A stretch of 64,000 bases of DNA from Tubulanus polymorphus (taxonomy: Eukaryota > Animalia > Nemertea), in contig NC_134025.1 of NCBI RefSeq assembly GCF_964204645.1, positions 7,378,001 to 7,442,000 of the forward strand, read 5' to 3'. The position numbers and the translations under genes are program-made. The notes under the pieces are model-generated. The model made no database searches and was not told the DNA's origin. It saw nothing but the letters and a program-made list of their open reading frames with translations. Positions 12,257 to 29,959 of this stretch are shown here, piece after piece; within the stretch, counting starts at the first letter, position 1; each line of letters opens with the position of its first letter.

Positions 12257-13255
12257 ATGGCATTCTTTTTAAAAAAAAGATTTGCTCGAAATTTGAAGAA
12301 TCCTCAGAACACTATTATTGGATCATATGTAAAAGTAAGCATTCTTGATGTTTTATCTTTGGAAAGACTTAAGGTACATAACTATCTTCTATTACATCCT
12401 ACTAGAATATTCCACTAACAAAATTGGATATATTTGGTAATTTCGTCTGATCCAAATCTCCTATTTTAGAAAAAGCTTATTGAATGGAATTCACACCTTG
12501 AAGAAAATGCAGTGAAACTCTGTCGCCTTGAACCGCATCAAAATGTTTTAGAAGTTGGCTTTGGTCCAGGGATTGGAATTAAAAAAGCTCTAGAGTATTT
12601 GAAAGGTTAGTTAAGATATCAGTCTTTAGTTGCACAGTATCTTATTGAATCTGCTTAGTGTATTATGTACTAGAAATCTCAAACTTCTCGCAACTCTAAA
12701 TCAAGATACCGGAATTCGATTGTCTTATCTTGGTAGAAATTCAACTGTCTCAACAAAACTACTTCCAAATTTCTCCAACTTCACCTTTCAGATGGAACTG
12801 GTAAAATGTATGGGATAGAAACATCGAAACACATGATAGAAGAGTGTAAGGAAAGATTTAAGAATGAAATATTTGATGATAAACTTGTGCTGTTAGAAAC
12901 ATCCGTTCACAATATTCCTTGTAATGATAATTTCTTTGATCGCGTGTTTCATGTCGATTCATTTCATTATTGGCCGAATCTGGACGGCGGAATGCACGAA
13001 CTGTATCGTGTAATGAAACCACACAGTTACATGGTCGTTCCAATCGATTTGGAGCGCGTTAAAAAACTTTCTGCTCAGAAGCTACTTCGTAATTGTAACA
13101 GTCCAGATTTCTACACATTGAAGTATAGCCTCGAACGACAAGGGTTCGTTGATATAAAAACTGATAAATTTTGGGATGCTAAGAAGCAAGAGAGTTTTTA
13201 TGTTTTATTTGCTAGAACGAACAAAATTGAAGAGAACCCACTAGTAATTAGTTGA
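12257..13255 (+). CDS. Class I SAM-dependent methyltransferase (Methyltransf_11, YdaC-like), 3 exons
   Basis: Exons ~12257-12334, ~12470-12605 and ~12792-13255 give MAFFLKKRFARNLKNPQNTIIG...VLEVGFGPGIGI (motif I), MYGIETSKHM, IPCNDNFFDRVFHVDSFHYW and ELYRVMKP. Confidence 0.85.
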
Positions 13256-13564
13256 TGGTTTCCCAATTTAGTATGTTGTACATTTTTGTCTAGTCTTTAA
13301 TAAATATAATTGTGATAAATAATGAATCTTGTTTTTTTTAATGAATGTTTCCAAGTAGATATTTTGTCAGTTGACTGACTCATTTCTAGTTTCTAGTAAT
13401 AACGACCAACTTCAATCCAATTTAAGACCCACACACATAAATGGCTGAAGATTTAAAAACGTTAGTATGGCGTTTAAGTGAGGTACCGGTATATAAGTTA
13501 TTGTGGGTTTTCGTTTCGGTCCATAAGCTGTGCATTGAATCGTATCAGGTTGTGCCGAGGCGCA

Positions 13565-13591
13565 TCATGTGACGAGTAACGCTATATATAG
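13565..13591 (+). promoter_or_regulatory. CD63 core promoter: M-box/CLEAR element and TATA box
   Basis: TCATGTGAC at 13565-13573, followed by TATATATA at ~13583, about 200 nt upstream of the ATG. Confidence 0.6.
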
Positions 13592-13627
13592 AGCCTAACA
13601 CTGCATGTACTGACACGCGCTCAGGAC

Positions 13628-13659
13628 TCACACACCACACACACACACTAACACACACA
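13628..13659 (+). repeat. Imperfect (CA)n microsatellite in the CD63 5' region
   Basis: cacacaccacacacacacactaacacacacag. Confidence 0.8.
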
Positions 13660-13785
13660 GTTCTCGCACACTGCCGTTGAATAACGTTGTAGTGGAAGGC
13701 TCGCCATATTTTCGCCTATAGGATATTTCGGATATATATTTCTTCAATTATTGTCGTAGCAGAGGAGCATTGAAAACATACTAAA

Positions 13786-15866
13786 ATGGTTGAGGGTGGC
13801 ATGAAATGTGTCAAATTCTTGTTATTTGCGTTCAATTTACTATTTTTTGTAAGTATTTTTCTACGCACTTTCCATTTAACATATTTGTTATGTGAGGTGT
13901 TCTCACAGTAGTGGATATCTCGTCTCTATGCAAACTTATGCCTGCAATGTATGTGTTTGAAATTAAGTTAGGCCTATTATGTAATACGGGCGTCAGCAAA
14001 TGTAAGGGTGACGAAAAATTGTGTATCAGCGTAACTGTTATTCTGTCTTCCTTGTTGCATCATCCCAAGAGGTCACAACTGGGTAAGAGTATCGATAAAC
14101 TTACCCGGCTGTTGATGAAGTGCCCAATAGCTTTCAGCGAATTACCTGTGCTTTCCTGTGAGTAACACCCTTGTAGCCTCCAGGGCATCCTTTTATTGGT
14201 GAGCTGTCAAACCTCACCTATTGCAGGGGACCCTTCCCATAGCGATGAGCTTACATCCATGTGATAGACTCGAGCTGTTGGTGGGGTGTTTTGCCCTGGT
14301 ACCACCACAGAAGTTGAATTTGTCGTGTCCTGGAGGATGTAACCCAGTGTGGAAACTTTTTTTACGGCATCGCCATAGAAATGCCAAGTTGTGACGATGT
14401 AGGTGGTTGCAAATCTTAGAATCGCAAGGACATCACCAAAACCCTTTTCAGGTGTTACGTGGCATATTCATGATATCATCATCATTCTGTGATTTATCCC
14501 TATTTTTCAGCTGGCTGGTTTAGGTTTGATCATCGCTGGTGCAATCATTCAAAGCAAATTCTCCGAGTTTTTAAAATTCTTTGAGGAAACATCATTTAAT
14601 TCGGTAGCAGTTTTACTCATCGTTCTTGGATGTATTGTTTTTATCATTGGATTCTTTGGATGTTGTGGAGCTGTCAAAGAAAACTACTGCATGGTTATGA
14701 CGGTAAGTGAAAGCCTGAGACAAGGCATGCATGATATCAGAATCAAAGTGCCATTGTGAATTTTTAATCGAAATTGAGTAAACCACAATATTGTATTTGA
14801 TTTGGTTGAATCTGATGCATTTGCAGTTTGCCGTATTGATGGGACTTATTTTCATCATTGAAATTGGTGCTGGGATCGCCGCCTTTGTAATGAAGAGCAA
14901 TGTTGAAAAACAAGTCCGCAAAGGGATGAGTGACACTCTTGGTCAGTACTGGAAGAATCCGAGTGTTAAAAAAACCTGGGATGGAGTTCAAAAGACTGTA
15001 AGTGAATATTGAATAGATGTTGTATCCGTCGGCAACTTGGAAATCATTGTCATTGCGCTCACTCTTTTTCAGTTCAAATGCTGCGGCGTTGATGGACCTA
15101 AGGACTGGAAAAAGACCAATGGTACTACCACTGGTAATATCCCTGTTTCATGTTGTAAAACAAACACAAATGATCCAAAATGTGTGGAAACAGCAAATAA
15201 TGTCTACACGAGTGTAAGTTTTCTAACAATAGAATAGACCGGCTTGATCCAGATTTTGGTATCTGATCCATATGTATGTGTACAGTCAAATTATGTAAGC
15301 TTCGGTCTGAGAGAAATATGTTACCCATATACTGGATCGATTTCATGGTCCCAGCGGGTTGTATTGTAGTACCATTGTATTGCAAATTTCAACAAAGGAA
15401 CCATGAGTGGGGGTGACTAGTTTCATAGGCTAGGCAAAGTTAGTCCTCTAATATCCTAGAACTAGTTAAATTCATAGCCAAAAATATTTTGTGTTATCAA
15501 TGTTATGATATGCTGAATCCTTCTCTGAATCTGAAGAAACCAAGTCCTTGCTGTAGTTATTTCGTGGTATTTGTGACTTATTTCTTTTCATGTGATTTCA
15601 TCTTCTGGATTTATTGTAGGGCTGCGTTAAGGGATTCAAAGACTGGGTTGAAGATAATATTTATATCGTGGCTGGAGTTGGTGTCGGTTTAGCTTTCGTC
15701 CAGGTATGATCAATGCTTAATGCTCTAGATTTCAAAATCTATATTGAAAATTTCTGAGCTGGCTCCATTTACTGATGAATTTACGTTTTTCATTATCTAG
15801 GTAATTGGTGTTATATTTGCTTGTTGCCTGGCACGATCTATCAAGAAAGAATATGAGGTTGTGTAA
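13786..15866 (+). CDS. CD63: Tetraspanin, CD63 type, 6 coding exons
   Basis: MVEGGMKCVKFLLFAFNLLFF start, TM2-GFFGCCGAVKENYCM, IEIGAGIAAFV, large loop with FKCCG and PVSCC, and C-terminal IKKEYEVV* (YxxPhi lysosomal signal like CD63 GYEVM). Confidence 0.9.
14047..14430 (+). ncRNA. Candidate structured RNA of unknown class in CD63 intron 1
   Basis: At least six nested helices are readable by eye, and the mismatches are G-U on the + strand. More GC-rich than the flanks. No known family motif recognised. Confidence 0.4.
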
Positions 15867-17702
15867 GCGCTGTGACGTGAACTTGGCGTATATCAGTGAG
15901 GATGTTACCAAACTACGCATAGATATGACATTTTCCATAAGATAATATACATAAGCAAGGTTGGATGATTATTATCTAGTTGTTTTTGTCTGGCTGAAAA
16001 CCAACTGCTTTCATTAGAAATCATAGTTAATAACATTTAAGGAATGGATATAATACTATTGGATGGTGATGGTGCTTTGTGCTCAGTACCGGCGAGGAAA
16101 TATTCAAATCGTCTAGTTTTTAGATTCAGCTCTTCCATTTAAACCGTGGTGCCTTTATCCGAGTGGCTATGATGCGAGCATTGTGTAGTTTATATTTATG
16201 TAATAATAACTTAAAGCCCCCAATTATATATTTCTTATTCCATAAACTTCTGAAAAAAAAATTCTGAATATGTTGGTCATAGATTGATGATTTGACCCCA
16301 CTTAGTGACCCATCTGGGCATTCACTACATTTTGCTCAACTGAACTTGTAAAATAAAAGAGACTAACTCGATTGTTCTGACCTGATGTTCTGAGAATAAC
16401 ATTCGAGTCCTCAGTCAACCTTTGACCCTATAAACGTACTTAGCAGAAATCCGTAGAACAAACTTTCTTTTAACCAGTTATGGGACATTCTTCCTAAATC
16501 TATAAGAGATTTTTGCATAGATTATATTTTTTATGTCTGTTACTATTGACAAAAATCTTCCAATTTCTGTTGTGTTATTGTAGTTTAATATACATATATA
16601 AAGAATCAATCATTGTGTGTTTATGAGAAAAGTCTATAAGTTAGTAATATCTATAGCTGGTATACGGATCTATGCTGTTATACATGTACTCTGTAAAATC
16701 AAGAGTAGTTCATTATATATGAATCATGTGTATAATTAGAAAACATTCGAAACTTAGTTTTTCATAGCAATATGCCTGTCAATTTTAAAGGGTGGTCACT
16801 CGCTTGTTATGTTGGTAATGAGAACATGTCTGGGGCATGACCTATGACTGACAACTTGGATACCATGTATTATTTGCTTTGCATTTAGCATATGGTCTAT
16901 TCGTTATTGAAAGGTCTAAATCTTTGCTCTGGTGCACCTATTATCAACTTCAATATGGTTTATTTTGTAGGCCTTTATGCTAAAATGAATGGAAAGGATT
17001 AAATTATTGCAATAAAAATGAAAATTTGTATAAACTAGATTCATGTTAGGACACATCTTTTGTTGATAGTCGAATATCTGTGATATATATTGACTTATTT
17101 CCTCAATTTGTATTCTGTTTGTCATGTGATATTCTAAAAAAACAGCTGATAAAATAGTTTATCAAAAATAACTCCAATGACTAGGGAGTGGTCACCTCTT
17201 TTTGTCCAGTTTGTGAAGATATATGCTAGCAAATGAAATGCTATTGCTGAGTATATTGCCACAGTTAACAGTCGAAAGACTTTGAAATATATATATTTTG
17301 AGAAATATAGAAAGCACATAGAATCTGTATATAAAATTTATTGGAAACTGGTGCATTTTGGCGACTAGTCCAGTTGTGTGGTACCATCATCCATTTGTAC
17401 TTAATTAAAACTATTATAAATCAGTTGCATGGAATTGAATTAAAAGTAGAAAAAGATCAAAGTAATAATAACGATAATGTTGAGCTAAATCAATATACAT
17501 TATATATTTATATATTCTGTAATTGTTCATGTGTAATATATTTCTGGAGATCTCTTATCTAAAAAGAAATAAATATATCTTTCTATGTGTATTTATGAAG
17601 TTTGTGTGTAATTATTATTGAAGCAGTAAGTCTATTTCAGATTTTGTTGGAATCTGCATGTTCTACTTAGGAGGTCTTGCTATATTATGGAAAAAGCGTA
17701 TA

Positions 17703-17961
17703 CAGTAGAACTCGCTTTATTTCTGATGACCAGGGACTGTCCAGATTTCTTGAATTAGTCTCACAGTCAAGTGTTGCATGATTTTTCAAAAATTTCTTCG
17801 ACTCAATCTTGGGTCATTTGACAAATATGTGAAGTAAAAATTATATGAGAATTCAGTCAGATGAAAACCTGTCACAATTCCTTTAAGTAAATCCGAATTA
17901 TGAATAATAGTTTACATGGTTCCAGGTGAAATGGACCAAACATTTCATCCAAATTCTACTG
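17703..17961. mobile_element. Tc1/mariner (pogo/Tigger-like) MITE
   Basis: TA|CAGTAGAA...TTCTACTG|TA termini with TA target duplication. Confidence 0.65.
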
Positions 17962-20073
17962 TATTTTGGCGGTGGAGGCTTTGAAATTTACGAAAATATT
18001 TATAACCGTTGGTTAAGCGTGTCCTGAATTATTCGTGATACCTGGATCCAGGTTTGTCTTGTATACTGCATGTAGTAAGCCTTTCAAGATGCAGGAATCA
18101 TTTGATAGTGAGTTCTTTATGATGTGATACAGTTGCGCGGGCTGACCAGGGAGGTTGGAGTGAATCTGTCTGGACCTTTTCCATTCATTGAACATCCGTT
18201 GGTGAAATGGTTACATAATTACTGTTCAAGCAGTAATGCCATGTACATACAAGTTGTGTTCTCTCATTCAGATCTATATTGCCAGCTTTATTCACAATAT
18301 TTTTAAGGGAAAAATATATGGTATCTAGATAAATTCAAACCATAGCCTGCCTATATTTTAGGTCAATATGTATGTTCACTCGTGCGGTATTAGCTTTGTG
18401 TTTACGATTGATTACTGTCTGACATGTTTTCAACTATGTTCTTTCAAGAGTAAAAACTTATATTCTCTAAGAAAGTGGCGACTGTGATCTATTAGTACTT
18501 ATTGTAGTTCGAGATATTTATAGAAATTACAGGAACTGTTCTTGCGTAAATTGTTACGCTTTCCAAAAAATAACATTGGTCTCATAAGATCATACATAGC
18601 AAATAACAAGCTAAATACAAGTTAATTCGGTAATCAGTCTTTGAATGTGTTCTTTCTAACTTATAGAATCAGAAAATTAGATCTGCAAAGTTGTCAGATC
18701 CTCCCGTATTGCCTAGTAGTCACAATGTTCATTTAAATATCAGCATTGAATAAATAGCTCTGTTATGCTTCAGTGAACTAACTAATCCTTCAACCAAATT
18801 AAGGCAAAATAACCTGTGATAACCTGTGAAATAAATGACAACTTTAATGATCAATTATTCTGAATGATTACATGTACAATGTATGGTATTTTTGGTAGTT
18901 CAAGCAATGAACTGAATGTTATCTTCCTGGTTTAGACTAATAATCATGTGCTAAGCCAACAAAAATCGACATGACAAAGCGTAGAAAAAATCAGCATTTT
19001 TTTTTAAATGTGCCTTTCAAATTTAACCACATCGGACTTCTTCATGGCAAACAGCATTAAAAACATCTGTTACAGATTCTATTACTGAATACTAAACCTA
19101 CTCAGATGGTAGCCAATATAATATTGAATTAGTAGGGAATGGCTTGCTACACAATTACAGCCATTTACTCAAGTTAATTGTCATATGTTCCATAGCTAAT
19201 GAAGAAATGGGCTGGGTTAATCATGTCATATGCTTACATACATACATCAACCATTTTCATGTCCTATGTTAGGCAGAGTTAGGCAGAATTGAGAGGTCAT
19301 TTATCGACACAACTGCAAATTGTATGTTTTGTCAACTAATTAACAGCCTCTGACAAAGTACTATGTATGTTCTACAAATATAACTAGAAATTTATACTGG
19401 TTTACTCCAAATCTAGATGTATAGTGTTTTTATAAGCAGAAACTTCAAATCAGATCATCGGGTTTTAATGAAAAGCTCCATGATGAGTGTGTAAATATAG
19501 CACTTTGGAGTGAAGTGATCTTCAAATGTAGGTTTAAAACTGAGGACACTCAATATATATGTCTCTAGTACTAAATGTACTATCAAATACTTCATAAATG
19601 TACACGTACTATCAGGTTGAAGGTAACCATTGGTAAAATATATATTTAGAAATGACAATTATATGGCACATCGCTCCACTGAATGACAGCTGACACCACC
19701 TGATCCACCACCTACGCTCCATTAGTCAACTGGAACTTTCCACAAACAGCAACTAAAAAACCCACCAAACGCCAACTGATCTAACTAGAAATAAATAAAA
19801 CCGGTAATTGTTCGTACATTTAGTTTATTTCAGAACGAATGATTACAAATTGTTGTATTCTGCTACAAACGAATCATGATTTTGATATAAACAGTGGCAG
19901 CGATGGAGACAAATAAAAAATAACGACATAACAATCAACATTGTCTCGTAGGTTATATTTCTGAATCAATCATTATTAGGCTCTTAAAAATATTTGCAGT
20001 GTCTTTTAAATCTTGCAAATTATCATCATCACAATGATATCATGGACGGAATTTTTTGGACATTTGCATTTGT

Positions 20074-28122
<8,049 letters not shown>

Positions 28123-28401
28123 TGTGCTGAAAAAAATATGATCTATGTGAAAATGATAGTTTAGAAAATATATTTCGACCGTCTATCATTAGAAATCAAA
28201 CAGTCTGGCCTACTCGTTGTTGAGATTTTCTTGTCCCCAAATGCTTGTCATAGGCAATCAATACTTGATATTCATACATAGTAATTAAGTTAATTGAGAA
28301 AAAGATACAGATTATGACATACCTTCTGGTCTTGTGGTTATTTACTTATGTGTATTGTAGATTGTCAAAAACCAATTAGCAGACAGCTGGTAGTTGATAT
28401 A

Positions 28402-28415
28402 ATAACCTAGGCAAC
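28402..28415 (-). promoter_or_regulatory. RFX X-box upstream of ARMC4/ODAD2
   Basis: The minus strand reads GTTGCCTAGGTTAT, close to the X-box consensus GTTNCCATGGNAAC. It lies just upstream of a probable non-coding first exon (donor near 28322) and is flanked by CCAAT boxes. Confidence 0.6.
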
Positions 28416-29013
28416 GCTAATTGGTTCCGAAGCGCCCTCTAACTATTCAACTATTTTCATTATCAAAAATAATTCAGCATTATCAATCCCTATTTTATGA
28501 AATCTTACAAAAAACACATTTTTCGTTCTCATCAGAAATTATATTTTTTTAGAAAAATCTTATAACAAAAATTATGCGCTGAATGAAGGTCACAGAGTAG
28601 AAGGTCGTCTTGCATAGTTTCGCGGAGACTCAGTTTCCGCAAATCAAATAAATTAAAAGTCTCAAAAATTGTTTATCTTCTTGTTTGTAAGTAACATTCA
28701 GCCCTTTATACTAAAAACATGATTGTATAATTTTGTAGTTTGCGCTGAGTTTTCTATATGGAAGTCTAAATTTGGCCATATTTGCTTCGAAACATTAACT
28801 TTGTTGAGATCAAAATAGTCTCGGGGAAAACCGTCGGTGTTCGGTTCAGTTGTATAATAATGTTTTTAAATACAGTTGTATAATTTGTTAGTGTAAATTC
28901 ACGATTACTCATTTGTCACTGATCTATCACAAGGTTTGAGCTAGCCTAATTATGGAACTAATACTATTTAATGAATGAATTCGTTTGCAATATGTAATGT
29001 ATTTATTTGCAGG

Positions 29014-29190
29014 ATGGAATCACAGGTAGGAGCTGTGAAACACTATTGGCGATTATTCAGACGAAAATTAGGATTTGCGTCAATCCTCTTCCCAACGTTT
29101 GTTGTTTGGGCAATCTACGCTGACTACACTCGAACGCAGAGGTTCAAAGCTTTGAAATCGCAAGAAAATATTGCTGAACCAAGCGTTTAA
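29014..29190 (+). CDS. Uncharacterised 58-aa single-pass membrane microprotein (upstream cistron of the NDUFB1 transcript)
   Basis: MESQVGAVKHYWRLFRRKLGFASILFPTFVVWAIYADYTRTQRFKALKSQENIAEPSV*. Basic amphipathic N-terminus and one hydrophobic segment. Lies wholly within an exon with acceptor TTTGCAG (29012) and donor GTAAGC (29203). Confidence 0.65.
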   Translation: MESQVGAVKHYWRLFRRKLGFASILFPTFVVWAIYADYTRTQRFKALKSQENIAEPSV

Positions 29191-29377
29191 AACTTAAAGA
29201 CAGTAAGCGATCGTATAAAGCTGTTATTATTATTATTAGGAGTCATATATCTCTGGTTCTTCTGTCATTCCCTCTGCATTTATTTTCCCTAAAAAAATAA
29301 AGCAAGAGGGCTTTTTATAGCCAAGATAATCCTTTTCTTAATCCTGTTTTATACAAATCCTCTTCTCATAGGTCAAA

Positions 29378-29560
29378 ATGGTTCGTAGTGCGATGCTCAC
29401 AAACTGGAAGCAGAAATATCTGCCGATGTTGATCCCATTTGTGTTCGCTTATTTTGGACATTTGCACGAAAAGAGAAGCGATGAAAGCATGAGTCTGTTT
29501 CGAAATAAAAGTCAGTTATACGGCGGAAAAGTCCTACCACCTGGAGAGAAAGCTTGGTGA
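29378..29560 (+). CDS. NDUFB1: NADH dehydrogenase 1 beta subcomplex subunit 1 (MNLL)
   Basis: 60 aa with one TM segment, followed by KRSDESMSLFRNKSQLYG..LPPGEKAW, matching the NDUFB1 motif RKSDERLTAFRNKSML...LQPSEEVTW. Strong CAAAATGG start context. Confidence 0.85.
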   Translation: MVRSAMLTNWKQKYLPMLIPFVFAYFGHLHEKRSDESMSLFRNKSQLYGGKVLPPGEKAW

Positions 29561-29959
29561 ACTAGAATAGTAGAATGCTGGTCCGTAGCGTAAAGTAATT
29601 TCCGATGAAGCTGTGTGTTATGATTAGTTTTATTGTTTAAATATTCATGAAAAAAATACAATGTAAAACGTTTTGAAAACTAAACTTTAAATGTGTAGTT
29701 ATTAAATATTTCTCAACTCTTGGTTAGTTTTGATGTCGGTAGCTTGTTAAGGAGCTCATATTCAACACAAAATGATATTTCTTACAATAAATAATGTAAA
29801 AACATAAATCAGGGAATTCAAGTTTGGTCACCTCGAGAATCTTGTTGCATCTGTAGGAACTAACCAGTTTTAAGGAAGCAAGTCCATTTAGTTCATCCTG
29901 GAATTTTCTGGAGGGAGCAAGGAATTCACACATCAATACTTAATAATTGGCGCTATTTT

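Noticed and set aside
14240-14278. Hammerhead ribozyme core inside the CD63 intron structure
   Set aside because: Reads GCGATGAG...CTCGAGC rather than the required CTGATGAG...CGAAA.
14047-14430. RNase P/MRP or telomerase RNA identity for the intronic structure
   Set aside because: No CR-I/CR-V pair and no CTAACCCT template on either strand.
17600-19800. Hidden gene between CD63 and ARMC4
   Set aside because: Only 60-67 aa ORFs with no recognisable motifs or consistent splice pattern. Treated as intergenic.
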